Shown piece after piece: positions 19,135 through 27,952 of a DNA stretch of 64,000 bases. The stretch's first letter is position 1. Each line of letters begins with the position of its first letter. This DNA comes from an uncultured virus (IMG/VR IMGVR_UViG_3300007597_000002) (taxonomy: Duplodnaviria; Heunggongvirae; Uroviricota; Caudoviricetes). Where the stretch lies: the IMG/VR virus record IMGVR_UViG_3300007597_000002; one strand, written 5' to 3'. The notes below the pieces were generated by a model, which was not told the origin of the DNA, did no database searches, and saw only the letters and a list, made by a program, of their open reading frames with translations. A program made the translations under genes and the position numbers.

Positions 19135-19800
19135 ATGAAATTATCTAAAGAAACAATCGAACTGATCAAGAACTTTGCTACAATCAACAGCAATCTTCTA
19201 TTGAAAGAGGGATCAAAACTCTCTACAATCTCAGCCCAGAAAAACGTGATGGCTGATGTTGATGTCACAGAAACATTCCCATCATTTGGCATCTATGATC
19301 TAAATGAATTCTTAGCTGCAATGTCTTTGTTCGATGACCCAGAGTTGACATTCAGTCCAGACAATAAGTCTGTAGTTTTCTCACAGGGTGGTATTGGTAG
19401 TTATAAATTCTTTGCAGCTGATGCAAGTGTTCTAACTGCACCAACAAAGGAAATTACTTTCCCTGCTCATGAGATTGAGTTTGATATGTCAGCTGCATTG
19501 CTGAATCTTATTCACAAGTCTGGCTCTGTTTCTCGTTCAGCAGACGTATCTGTTATTGGCGATGGATCAAAGATGACTGTTTATGTTGGTGACAAAAAGA
19601 ATGCGACTGCAAATGCATTCAGTAATGTTGTTGGAACAACTGACAAAACCTTTAAGGTAAACTTAAAGGTTGAGAATCTGAAGATGCTTCCAGGAGATTA
19701 CAAAGTTAGTATTTCCAGCAAAAAGATTTCTCGTTTCAAGAGCAATCGTAGTTTAGTTTATTATGTAGCAGTTGAGGCAGATTCTACCTTCGAAGTCTAA
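19135..19800 (+). CDS. gp45: Sliding clamp gp45
   Basis: MKLSKETIELIKNFATINSN, FGIYDLNEFL, YYVAVE. Confidence 0.95.
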   Translation: MKLSKETIELIKNFATINSNLLLKEGSKLSTISAQKNVMADVDVTETFPSFGIYDLNEFLAAMSLFDDPELTFSPDNKSVVFSQGGIGSYKFFAADASVLTAPTKEITFPAHEIEFDMSAALLNLIHKSGSVSRSADVSVIGDGSKMTVYVGDKKNATANAFSNVVGTTDKTFKVNLKVENLKMLPGDYKVSISSKKISRFKSNRSLVYYVAVEADSTFEV

Positions 19801-19810
19801 TAGATAGATT

Positions 19811-21286
19811 ATGAAGAAAATAATTGTACTAGGCGCAGGAACAGCAGGGTTAATCACTGCTCTCATTCTTAAATCTACCTTTCCGAAGTATCAAATCTCA
19901 GTTATTGAGTCTGGTGCGATTGGTATTATTGGAGTTGGTGAAGGTTCAACAGAACACTGGAAGATATTCACTGACTATTGTGGTATCAATACCAACAGAT
20001 TGATTCGAGAGACAGATGGTGCTCTTAAGAAGGGTATCAAATTTGAGAATTGGAATGGTGATGGTGCATCTTATTTTCACTCATTGTCTCCTCCATTCTT
20101 TGATGAGTTTACAGACAGTGGTCAACGTCTAAATTTTACGAAGTCTATGATCCATAAAGGTATTCCAACTGAAGATATTCTATTGGATACCAACTTTGTA
20201 ACACAACAATCTGGTATTCAAAGCACTAATCAATATCATTTTAACACTATGAAGTTAAATAAATTTCTTCATGATGTGTGTAAAGAAAAGGGTATTAATT
20301 TCACAGATGCCATTATTGATCAAGTGATGTTCTCAGAAAATGGAGATGTTGCTAAGTTAATAGACAATGCTGGTATTGAATATGTTGCAGATATCTTCAT
20401 TGATAGTTCTGGATTCAAGAGAGTGATTTCTTCTAAGCAGGGTGCTAAGTGGATCTCATATAAAAAATATCTGCCAATGAATCATGCATTAGCATTTCCA
20501 ACAAATGATATTTCTGATCTAAAACCCTATACACTTTCACGTGCTCTTGGCTCTGGTTGGAACTGGAGAATTTCTACTCAAGGAAGGTATGGTAATGGTT
20601 ATGTATTTTGTGATGAGTTCATTGATGCAACTAAAGCCCATGAAGAAATACAATCATTCTATACTGAAGAAGTAAAGGTAGCGAAGGATATTAAATTTGA
20701 TGCTGGTCGTGTAGACAAATATTGGATTGACAACTGTATCTCTGTTGGTCTTTCTGCATCATTTGTAGAACCACTTGAAGCATCTAGTATTGGTAACTCA
20801 ATCCTACAGGCTTTTGGCATTGCAAAGTTGCTACCTCTTTGGGAACTTGACCGAAAGTACGCAGAGAAGTATAATAAAGACTTCACTAGGTGCTTTGACA
20901 ATATTGTTGACTTTGTTCAGTTACATTACATGACCAAAAGAAATGATACTTTGTTCTGGAGAACTTTACCTGAGATGATGACTAAGACAGATTTTATCAA
21001 GGAACATTTAGAGATCTTTAAAAAGACAATACCGAATCAATCTCTTTTTATGGGCGAGTATCATATGTTCCAATCTCCAAATTGGGCTCAAGTAATGAAT
21101 GGTCTTGGTTTATTGGATAGAGAATACATTAGCAATAAGTTACAAGAAGTTAGTGGAGAAGGTGCTATTAAAGATTCATACGGAAGGTATGATGCATATC
21201 TAAATGATACAGAAAGGGGTTCTTACATCGAACACAAGACACTATTAGAACAGAATAGGATTGTTGTTAAACTTGACAGACGTTAA
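19811..21286 (+). CDS. Tryptophan halogenase-family flavoprotein
   Basis: GAGTAG, IGVGEGST, K.GIKFENW, FIDSSGF, GWNWRI, FVEPLEASSI. Confidence 0.88.
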   Translation: MKKIIVLGAGTAGLITALILKSTFPKYQISVIESGAIGIIGVGEGSTEHWKIFTDYCGINTNRLIRETDGALKKGIKFENWNGDGASYFHSLSPPFFDEFTDSGQRLNFTKSMIHKGIPTEDILLDTNFVTQQSGIQSTNQYHFNTMKLNKFLHDVCKEKGINFTDAIIDQVMFSENGDVAKLIDNAGIEYVADIFIDSSGFKRVISSKQGAKWISYKKYLPMNHALAFPTNDISDLKPYTLSRALGSGWNWRISTQGRYGNGYVFCDEFIDATKAHEEIQSFYTEEVKVAKDIKFDAGRVDKYWIDNCISVGLSASFVEPLEASSIGNSILQAFGIAKLLPLWELDRKYAEKYNKDFTRCFDNIVDFVQLHYMTKRNDTLFWRTLPEMMTKTDFIKEHLEIFKKTIPNQSLFMGEYHMFQSPNWAQVMNGLGLLDREYISNKLQEVSGEGAIKDSYGRYDAYLNDTERGSYIEHKTLLEQNRIVVKLDRR

Positions 21287-21301
21287 TTGAAGGAATATAT
21301 T

Positions 21302-21628
21302 ATGAAACATGAAGGAACTGCTTTGACATCTACTCTTAACAATGAGTGGATGTTTAAAAAACTTTGGGTAGAAGATTTAGTTAGTGATGATGAACCAGAT
21401 GCAAAAACTATCTGGAGATATGTATTACGAAGTAACTGTTATGTTAAATCTGAAAGGCAAGATATTGCCCCACATAATTTAAAGGATAGTGATTTTCGTA
21501 AAGTTTCTACAAGACTTTATATTCAAAAAGAAAGGAATAGCAAACTACATGGGCATTTCATTTCAAATTTTGAATGGAATGATCTTGTGACTAGATCAAA
21601 TCTCCACAACTTTACAGTAGAACTTTAA
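21302..21628 (+). CDS. Hypothetical protein
   Basis: AAGGA RBS; fills the gap before gp44. Confidence 0.55.
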   Translation: MKHEGTALTSTLNNEWMFKKLWVEDLVSDDEPDAKTIWRYVLRSNCYVKSERQDIAPHNLKDSDFRKVSTRLYIQKERNSKLHGHFISNFEWNDLVTRSNLHNFTVEL

Positions 21629-21629
21629 T

Positions 21630-22583
21630 ATGATTGAATCCCGTGATAACCAATTTCTTTGGGTAGAAAAGTATCGCCCACAGACTATTGATGAGTGTGT
21701 ACTTCCCGAAGCACTAAAGAATACTTTTAAAGAGTATATCGCTAAAGGCGAACTACCAACATTTATGTTTACTGGAACAGCAGGTGTCGGTAAGACTACT
21801 GTTGCTAAAGCACTATGTAATGAAGTTGGTGCAGAGTATCTTATGATCAATGGATCAGATGAAGGTCGTTTGCTGGAGACTCTCCGAGTTGCCATCACTG
21901 GCTTTGCTTCTACTGTTTCATTAACTGATGCCAAGAAGGTCGTCATTATCGATGAAGCAGACTACATGAAAGCAGATACAGTTCAACCAGCACTGCGTTC
22001 ATTCATTGAAGAATTTAGTAACAACTGTCGCTTCATCTTTACATGTAACTATAAAAATCGTATCATTGAACCACTCCACAGTCGTTGTTCAGTTATCGAT
22101 TTTAAGATCGAACCAAAAGACAAACAGTTACTTGCAGGAACTTTCTTCAAACGTGCAACACAGATTCTTAAACAAGAGAATGTTGAGTTTGATCCTAAGG
22201 TAGTTGCAGAACTTGTCACGAAACATTTCCCAGATTATCGTAGGGTTCTAAACGAACTTCAGCGTTACAGTGTTTCAGGTAAGATCGACTCTGGTATTCT
22301 AGTCAATACCAGTCAAGAATCCTATAAAGATCTAATCAAATTCCTCAAAGAAAAAGACTTCACTAATGCTAGAAAGTGGGTTGGAAAGAACTCGGATTCT
22401 GATACAGTTGGATTGTTTAGAGAACTTTATGATAACTCAGTGAGTTTCCTAATGCCAGATAGCATCCCTGCGCTTGTATTGATCTTGGCTAAATATCAAT
22501 ATCAAGGAGCATTCGTTGCTGACCATGAACTAAATATAATGGCAGCACTCACAGAAATTATGGTCGAGTGCAAATTCAAGTAA
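21630..22583 (+). CDS. gp44: Clamp loader large subunit gp44
   Basis: LWVEKYRP, GTAGVGKTT, IIDEAD, PLHSRC. Confidence 0.96.
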   Translation: MIESRDNQFLWVEKYRPQTIDECVLPEALKNTFKEYIAKGELPTFMFTGTAGVGKTTVAKALCNEVGAEYLMINGSDEGRLLETLRVAITGFASTVSLTDAKKVVIIDEADYMKADTVQPALRSFIEEFSNNCRFIFTCNYKNRIIEPLHSRCSVIDFKIEPKDKQLLAGTFFKRATQILKQENVEFDPKVVAELVTKHFPDYRRVLNELQRYSVSGKIDSGILVNTSQESYKDLIKFLKEKDFTNARKWVGKNSDSDTVGLFRELYDNSVSFLMPDSIPALVLILAKYQYQGAFVADHELNIMAALTEIMVECKFK

Positions 22584-22591
22584 GGGAATAT

Positions 22592-22924
22592 ATGGACTTA
22601 TTACTACATTTGTTTTACATGGCTGTAGTTTTTGCTATTGGATTTATCTGGGGCTGGAGAGAACGTGAGAACTTTGCATCTAAAAAAGTAGATGCACTAT
22701 TAATGCACATTGACAGTAGTGTGCACGAACGAATAGAAGAATCCAGAATAGATATAAAGATAGAAAAACATAAAGATGTTTACTATGCCTATGATAAAGA
22801 CAACAACACCTTTATGGCTCAGGGGAGCACTAAAAAAGAATTAGAGGAAGTACTTGCATCTAAGTATTCCAATAAAAGATTCTTTGCTGATAGAGATAAT
22901 TTGAAGGAAGTTGGATTACAATGA
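22592..22924 (+). CDS. Hypothetical protein with N-terminal TM helix
   Basis: LFYMAVVFAIGFIWGW. Confidence 0.6.
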   Translation: MDLLLHLFYMAVVFAIGFIWGWRERENFASKKVDALLMHIDSSVHERIEESRIDIKIEKHKDVYYAYDKDNNTFMAQGSTKKELEEVLASKYSNKRFFADRDNLKEVGLQ

Positions 22925-23100
22925 CTGAACTATATCAAAAAGATGGAAGGTCTGCATCTATAGAAAAACAGATGACTAATGACTACATGGTAACATTTAA
23001 TAATGAACTCGGTGGAAACCAGATGGAAACCTTCCATACTGAAAAGCAAGCCATTGATGCAGCGCAACGATGGATAATTAAAGATTATGAGCCCATTTGA
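22921..23100 (+). CDS. Small hypothetical protein, 59 aa (not in ORF track)
   Basis: MTELYQKDGRSASIEK...; ATGA coupling with upstream gene. Confidence 0.55.
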   Translation: MTELYQKDGRSASIEKQMTNDYMVTFNNELGGNQMETFHTEKQAIDAAQRWIIKDYEPI

Positions 23101-23467
23101 TTTCTTAAATGCAATAAATGATACAAAGAAAAACTTATTTGAAGACCCACAGGCTGTAAAGGATTATAAACCATTCATTGTAAATAGAGGACTTTCGTAT
23201 TTCCACGATACTGTTCTTTACGCTAACGAGATGAACAAACATCCCGAACTAGATAAAGACCAGCAATTTTCTTTTTTCCTAAATATTATTTCAAGGAAGA
23301 AGCGTTTCAGTAAGTGGTCTAAAAAAGATGCAACTACTGACTCCATCGAACTTGTTAAAGAGTATTTTGGGTATTCGAGCGAGAAGGCTAAAGATGCATT
23401 GAGCCTTCTTAGTGAAGAACACTTGATTATGATAAAAGAAAAATTATACAAAGGTGGAAAATCATGA
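23087..23467 (+). CDS. gp62: Clamp loader small subunit gp62
   Basis: PFDFLNAIN, YKPFIVNRGLSY, ANEMN, RKKRFSKW, VKEYFGYS. Confidence 0.93.
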   Translation: MSPFDFLNAINDTKKNLFEDPQAVKDYKPFIVNRGLSYFHDTVLYANEMNKHPELDKDQQFSFFLNIISRKKRFSKWSKKDATTDSIELVKEYFGYSSEKAKDALSLLSEEHLIMIKEKLYKGGKS

Positions 23468-23883
23468 CTGTCGAAATGATTTATTACGACTGGAAACCAG
23501 AGTCGATGCTTGAAGTGACATTGCCAGAACCAGATAACTTCTTAAAGGTTCGAGAAACACTTACTCGAATCGGCATTGCTTCCAGAAAAGAAAACAAATT
23601 ATATCAATCCTGCCATATTTTACATAAGCAGGGTAGATACTTCATCGTCCATTTCAAAGAGTTGTTTGCTCTGGATGGTAAAGAATCGAATATCACTAGT
23701 GGTGATATCGAGCGTAGAAATGCAATCGCTGGTTTGCTACAGGATTGGGATCTTTTAAAGATACTAAATAATTCTCAAGCGGATCAGAAAGCATCTCTGT
23801 CGCAAATTAAGGTCGTATCGTTTAAAGAGAAAGACCAATGGGAACTAGTACCGAAATATAACATAGGAAAAAAATCAAAATGA
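23464..23883 (+). CDS. regA: Translational repressor RegA
   Basis: DNFLKVRETLTRIGIAS, LYQSCHILHKQGRYFIVHFKELFALDG. Confidence 0.97.
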   Translation: MTVEMIYYDWKPESMLEVTLPEPDNFLKVRETLTRIGIASRKENKLYQSCHILHKQGRYFIVHFKELFALDGKESNITSGDIERRNAIAGLLQDWDLLKILNNSQADQKASLSQIKVVSFKEKDQWELVPKYNIGKKSK

Positions 23884-24044
23884 TTAAACTTGAACTTGAA
23901 ATTAATGAAGTTAACATGCTACTTGCAGTGTTGGGAAAGCATCCTTTCGAGGAAGTTGTTAAAGTGATCAGCAAGATCAAACAACAAGGTGACCCACAAG
24001 CAGAAGCACTTGCACAAGCAGCAGCAGAACTACCTGCTGCGTAA
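23880..24044 (+). CDS. Small hypothetical protein, 54 aa (not in ORF track)
   Basis: MIKLELEINEVNMLLAVLGKHPFEEV...; ATGA overlap with regA. Confidence 0.65.
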   Translation: MIKLELEINEVNMLLAVLGKHPFEEVVKVISKIKQQGDPQAEALAQAAAELPAA

Positions 24045-24047
24045 CCA

Positions 24048-24200
24048 ATTCGCCTTAGGACCACTAAAGTACGAATCGTTGGTAAAGCGGATGTGACGAA
24101 CGACATCGCTGGAACTCGTAACCAGTATTTTAACACGGCTCTCTTCTTTTCGCCTTCGGGGATTTGCTTGAGAGTTTTCCAACTCGCTTAATAGGAGCAA
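24048..24200 (+). ncRNA. Candidate structured RNA / 5' leader of the hsp20 operon
   Basis: Relatively GC-rich non-coding gap with several hairpins, a possible loop pseudoknot and a hairpin over the RBS. Confidence 0.4.
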
Positions 24201-24204
24201 AACA

Positions 24205-24429
24205 ATGTTGAATAACATTAACACAGCCATCGATTCTTTCCAAGGAATCAAAACTAAATTCGTTGAGACCTGCGTCAAAAACGAAGAACTCAAAAAACCA
24301 CTTAATCAATTTATTGAAGCGCAATCTTCTTTCGCAAAGATCGTGGCTAAAGCACATGTAGACTTTTATACGTCTCTTGGTCTTTCAGCTTACACATTCG
24401 ATGCCAAAAAAGCATTTGCTAAACAATAA
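24205..24429 (+). CDS. Small amphipathic helical protein (possibly phasin-like)
   Basis: AGGAG RBS; helical amphipathic pattern. Confidence 0.6.
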   Translation: MLNNINTAIDSFQGIKTKFVETCVKNEELKKPLNQFIEAQSSFAKIVAKAHVDFYTSLGLSAYTFDAKKAFAKQ

Positions 24430-24439
24430 GGAGATTGAT

Positions 24440-24919
24440 ATGGGAAACAATTTCACACCCACATTCTGGGGCACTAAAGATATGGACAAATTTCTTATCG
24501 GTTTCGATGAGCAGTTTAATCGTCTACAGAAATTTCATGACGACATGTCCAAGAACATTCCTAACTATCCACCATACAATATCGTCAAGAGAGATGAGAA
24601 CAACTACACCATTGAGTTGGCTGTGGCAGGTTTTGGTCAATCTGACATTGATATCGAAATGGAGAATGGTAAGTTGACTGTTCGTGGTAGCATCAAAACC
24701 GAAGAAGCTGAAGATAATTTCTTGTTCAGAGGTATTGCAAATCGTGCGTTCAGTCGAGCGTTTGCTTTGAATGATGAAGTTGAAGTTAAAGATGCAGAAC
24801 TCTTTAATGGCATGCTTAAGATTTTCTTGGAGCGTTTGATTCCAGATGCTAAGAAGCCAAAGAAGATTGTTGTAAAGTCTAAAAGCGAAAAACAATTATT
24901 GAATGAGGACATCCTATGA
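24440..24919 (+). CDS. hsp20: Small heat-shock protein Hsp20 (IbpA-like)
   Basis: NYPPYNI, IELAVAGF, FLFRGIANRAFSRAF, NGMLKI. Confidence 0.95.
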   Translation: MGNNFTPTFWGTKDMDKFLIGFDEQFNRLQKFHDDMSKNIPNYPPYNIVKRDENNYTIELAVAGFGQSDIDIEMENGKLTVRGSIKTEEAEDNFLFRGIANRAFSRAFALNDEVEVKDAELFNGMLKIFLERLIPDAKKPKKIVVKSKSEKQLLNEDIL

Positions 24920-25014
24920 AATCAATCAAAAAGTTTTTCACTAATCTTCTTGAAGCACTCATTGAGGCTAGACATGCCAGAGCAGATGCTGCTTCGAAAA
25001 GAATAGGTAGATAA
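24916..25014 (+). CDS. Small hypothetical peptide, 32 aa
   Basis: GAGGA RBS; ATGA overlap; MKSIKKFFTNLLEALIEARHARA... Confidence 0.5.
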   Translation: MKSIKKFFTNLLEALIEARHARADAASKRIGR

Positions 25015-25024
25015 GTCATACAAT

Positions 25025-25050
25025 TTTAGGGGTCTTCGGATCCCTAAATA
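25025..25050 (+). terminator. UUCG stem-loop overlapping a CTAAATA late-promoter motif
   Basis: TTTAGGGGTC-TTCG-GATCCCTAAA. Confidence 0.65.
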
Positions 25051-25056
25051 ATTTGT

Positions 25057-25266
25057 ATGATGAAAGCCAAATTAACACCAAACCTAATCTCATTCTTCTT
25101 AGTTAGAAGAGGGAGTTGGCTTCTCAAAGTATCAGTCTTTAAACATAAGCAGATCATGGTGATTGCTCAAAATGTTTACGAACAAGACCGAACGATTGTT
25201 CAGGTTTTCCCGAACGAAACCCTCGCTGCAAACTTCATTGAATTCCTAGTTTCAGAGGACGTTTAG
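25057..25266 (+). CDS. Hypothetical protein
   Basis: 69-aa ORF following CTAAATA. Confidence 0.5.
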   Translation: MMKAKLTPNLISFFLVRRGSWLLKVSVFKHKQIMVIAQNVYEQDRTIVQVFPNETLAANFIEFLVSEDV

Positions 25267-25269
25267 ACA

Positions 25270-25352
25270 CCCCTAGAGCCTTCCTAGCGTCTAAGTCGGG
25301 GCTAAACCCTTCCCTAGCGTCCTAGAGCCTTCTAGCCCTTCCTAGGGGCTAA
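25270..25352. repeat. CTAG-rich degenerate direct repeats
   Basis: CCTAGAGCCTT x2, CCTAGCGTC x2, GGGGCTAAA x2; six CTAG in about 75 bp. Confidence 0.75.
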
Positions 25353-25365
25353 AAAATCCCTTATA

Positions 25366-25474
25366 AATCAACAACTTACAAAAAGTAAACCTTTAGGCTT
25401 ACTCTCGGATAACCACACCCACAGTAGGGGATTGCAAAATACTTGTTGCCTTTAATGCAGTTTTGGACGATAAT
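25366..25474 (+). promoter_or_regulatory. Third early promoter module: IHF site, GTAGGGGA half-palindrome, TTGCCT-17-GATAAT
   Basis: AATCAACAACTTA 25366-25378; GTAGGGGA 25424-25431; -35 at 25446. Confidence 0.65.
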
Positions 25475-25504
25475 AGATCTTATGATGAATCGAAAAGGAA
25501 CTTT

Positions 25505-25720
25505 ATGATGAATGTGATCTACAAATCCAAAGCCCAGTTGGCTAAAGAAACCGAAAAGCAAGTCAAAGCATTCTTGCGCAAAGGTGGCTCGATTGAGATT
25601 GTAAAATCTCGCAAAGCACCAAAGCAGAAAATGCGTGGTAAAGTTTCACGTGGGTTCGTGCAGGGCACTTCTGGTTTTCCTGCTGGTGCTCCACGCAAGT
25701 CTACATTCAGTTTGATTTAA
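25505..25720 (+). CDS. Small basic early protein
   Basis: AAGGA RBS; VKAFLRKGGSIE motif. Confidence 0.65.
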   Translation: MMNVIYKSKAQLAKETEKQVKAFLRKGGSIEIVKSRKAPKQKMRGKVSRGFVQGTSGFPAGAPRKSTFSLI

Positions 25721-25733
25721 TCAGGAGATCGAT

Positions 25734-26096
25734 ATGCTATCATGGGAAGAAATGTCTGAGTTGGAACAAGCACAATGCCAGTATTGGGATATGTACAAGG
25801 ATGCCTATGGTGTGCGTCCTCGTGGTATCGATACCAGCATGTGGACGCTGAAAGACTTTGAAGCTGAGTTTATTCAGTTGGGTCATGTTATTATGCTTGA
25901 AGAAATTGCTCGCAAAGAATCCGAAGCCAAAGCCATCATTGAGTTTGAAGATCGTGTACTCAATCTCATGCACACTGGCACTAATCGTGAACGTGTCATT
26001 GCATGGTTGATGGATGCTGAAGGTGCTAATGGCGACCATGAGTATTTCTGTTTCACGCAGGGTCTCCCTTATGGTTACTTCAGGAAAACCGCATGA
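25734..26096 (+). CDS. Hypothetical early protein
   Basis: AGGAG RBS; YWDMYKDAYGVRPR motif. Confidence 0.7.
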   Translation: MLSWEEMSELEQAQCQYWDMYKDAYGVRPRGIDTSMWTLKDFEAEFIQLGHVIMLEEIARKESEAKAIIEFEDRVLNLMHTGTNRERVIAWLMDAEGANGDHEYFCFTQGLPYGYFRKTA

Positions 26097-26281
26097 GAGT
26101 TTTCCAAGAGACAACTCCAGATTGGGTTGGGAATGTATCCAACCACATCTATTATTTGACTGATGATAAATCAAAGATGGTTGCCTTCTATAATGTGGAC
26201 ACTGGTGTAGTGAAGAAATTCATTAAGCCAATTCGTTTTGATATGAGATATAGAAAATTTAAGGAACTGAAACACAAATGA
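26093..26281 (+). CDS. Hypothetical protein
   Basis: ATGA-coupled 62-aa ORF. Confidence 0.6.
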   Translation: MRVFQETTPDWVGNVSNHIYYLTDDKSKMVAFYNVDTGVVKKFIKPIRFDMRYRKFKELKHK

Positions 26282-27582
26282 ATATTAATAAATTTTTAGA
26301 TGGTTTAGCAGCAAATGCCTCACGCAACTTCAAAATCGAGCAACTAAACGCTAACAGCGATAACGAAGTTTTGCGTGAGGTCATTCGCTTGGCTCTGGAT
26401 CCATTCACTCAATTCTATCAACGCAAGATTCCTGAGTACACCACAGACAAACATCAAACAAGTCTTGATCAAGCCATGCTTGCATTGTATGACTTGAAAG
26501 AAAGAGTCGTGACTGGTAATGCAGCAATTGAATATCTCCGTATGCTTCTCTCATCCGTATCAGCTGATGATGCTAAGGTACTGGAAAGAATCATCTCCAA
26601 AGATTTGAAGTGTGGTGTTGATGTATCTACTGCCAACAAAGTTTGGTCTGGTTTGATTCCTGAATACCCATGCATGTTATGCAGTCCATTCGAACAGAAG
26701 TTGGTTGACAAGATTAAATTCCCAGCCTACGCACAAATGAAGATGGATGGCATGCGCTTCAACGCAATCGTCAGAGATGGTAAGTGTGAATTTAGGAGTA
26801 GAAATGGAAAAGAAATTTTACTACTTGGCAATTTGGAGCAAGAATTTATTTCTCTTGCTGGTTCTATTGATTGTGTTTTTGATGGTGAACTACTTGTAAT
26901 GCTTGAGGGTGACCACCAATTTGCTGACAGGCAGACTGGTAATGGCATCTTGAACAAAGCAAACAAAGGCACAATCTCTGCCAAAGAAGCAGCACTGGTT
27001 CATGCAACTGTTTGGGATTTAATTCCTTACGTACAATTCATTGATGGATACTGTGGAAGTCCATACTCAAAACGATACTCTACACTGCAGGCAATTGTTG
27101 CCAAACAAAAGTCAGATGGGAGGAAGATCTGGAATGTGACATCAACCATTGTGGAAACTCTGGAAGAAGCACAAGAGATTTTCCAAGGTTATCTTGCAGA
27201 AGGATTTGAAGGTATCATTCTTAAGGATGGTGCTGGTGTTTGGGAAGACAAACGAAGCAAGACTCAGATTAAATTTAAGGGAGAACTTGAATGCGATCTT
27301 AAGATTGTTGCAGTCGAAGAAGGTAAAGGTAAAGCAGTAGGTATGCTTGGTGCAATTATATGTGAGTCTGCAGATGGAATTGTAAAGGTAAATGTAGGAT
27401 CTGGTTTCAATGATGCACAACGAAAGCAATATTGGAAAGAAAATTTAGTTGACAAAATCGTGGCAGTGAAGTATAATAGTCGTATCAAGAATAAGGCTGG
27501 AGAAGACTCATTGTTTCTTCCAGTGTTCATTGAAATTCGTAATGATAAAGATATCGCAGATAAATCAAAGGATATAAAATGA
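26278..27582 (+). CDS. gp30: ATP-dependent DNA ligase gp30
   Basis: KMDGMR, FDGEL, EGIILK, KFK, VGSGF, LFLPVF. Confidence 0.95.
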   Translation: MNINKFLDGLAANASRNFKIEQLNANSDNEVLREVIRLALDPFTQFYQRKIPEYTTDKHQTSLDQAMLALYDLKERVVTGNAAIEYLRMLLSSVSADDAKVLERIISKDLKCGVDVSTANKVWSGLIPEYPCMLCSPFEQKLVDKIKFPAYAQMKMDGMRFNAIVRDGKCEFRSRNGKEILLLGNLEQEFISLAGSIDCVFDGELLVMLEGDHQFADRQTGNGILNKANKGTISAKEAALVHATVWDLIPYVQFIDGYCGSPYSKRYSTLQAIVAKQKSDGRKIWNVTSTIVETLEEAQEIFQGYLAEGFEGIILKDGAGVWEDKRSKTQIKFKGELECDLKIVAVEEGKGKAVGMLGAIICESADGIVKVNVGSGFNDAQRKQYWKENLVDKIVAVKYNSRIKNKAGEDSLFLPVFIEIRNDKDIADKSKDIK

Positions 27583-27950
27583 AAGTAGCAATCAATCGTT
27601 GTTTTGGTGGGTTCGGTATCTCGAATGAAGCATTCGAGAAGTTGCTCGAGCGTAAGGGTGTAGGATTTCAAAAAGTTCCAGCGAAGTTTAAATTCCGTGG
27701 TGATGATTTTGATTACTACAAAGCAGGTATTGAGCCATGTGATGACACATATATCAGTGCGTATGATTATTATCAAGATCGTTCTGACCCAGACTTGATC
27801 GCAGTCATTGAAGAAATAAAAGACCAAGCAAATAGTTGGGCAGCAGAGATCGCTATTGTGGAAATTCCTGATGATGTTAAGTGGCACATCGATGAGTATG
27901 ATGGTATGGAACATGTGGCTGAAGATCACCGAACTTGGTATGGAGATTAA
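27579..27950 (+). CDS. Hypothetical protein
   Basis: INRCFGGFGIS...RSDPDLI...IDEYDGME, a recurrent phage motif. Confidence 0.7.
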   Translation: MKVAINRCFGGFGISNEAFEKLLERKGVGFQKVPAKFKFRGDDFDYYKAGIEPCDDTYISAYDYYQDRSDPDLIAVIEEIKDQANSWAAEIAIVEIPDDVKWHIDEYDGMEHVAEDHRTWYGD

Positions 27951-27952
27951 TT

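Noticed and set aside
24045..24204. Possible tRNA
   Set aside because: No cloverleaf, T-loop GTTCRA or acceptor stem found
25270..25352. Possible mini-CRISPR array
   Set aside because: Repeats are only 9-11 bp and irregular, with no unique spacers and no cas genes
27264..27929. 221-aa minus-strand ORF
   Set aside because: Shadow of the ligase and the next gene; no recognisable features
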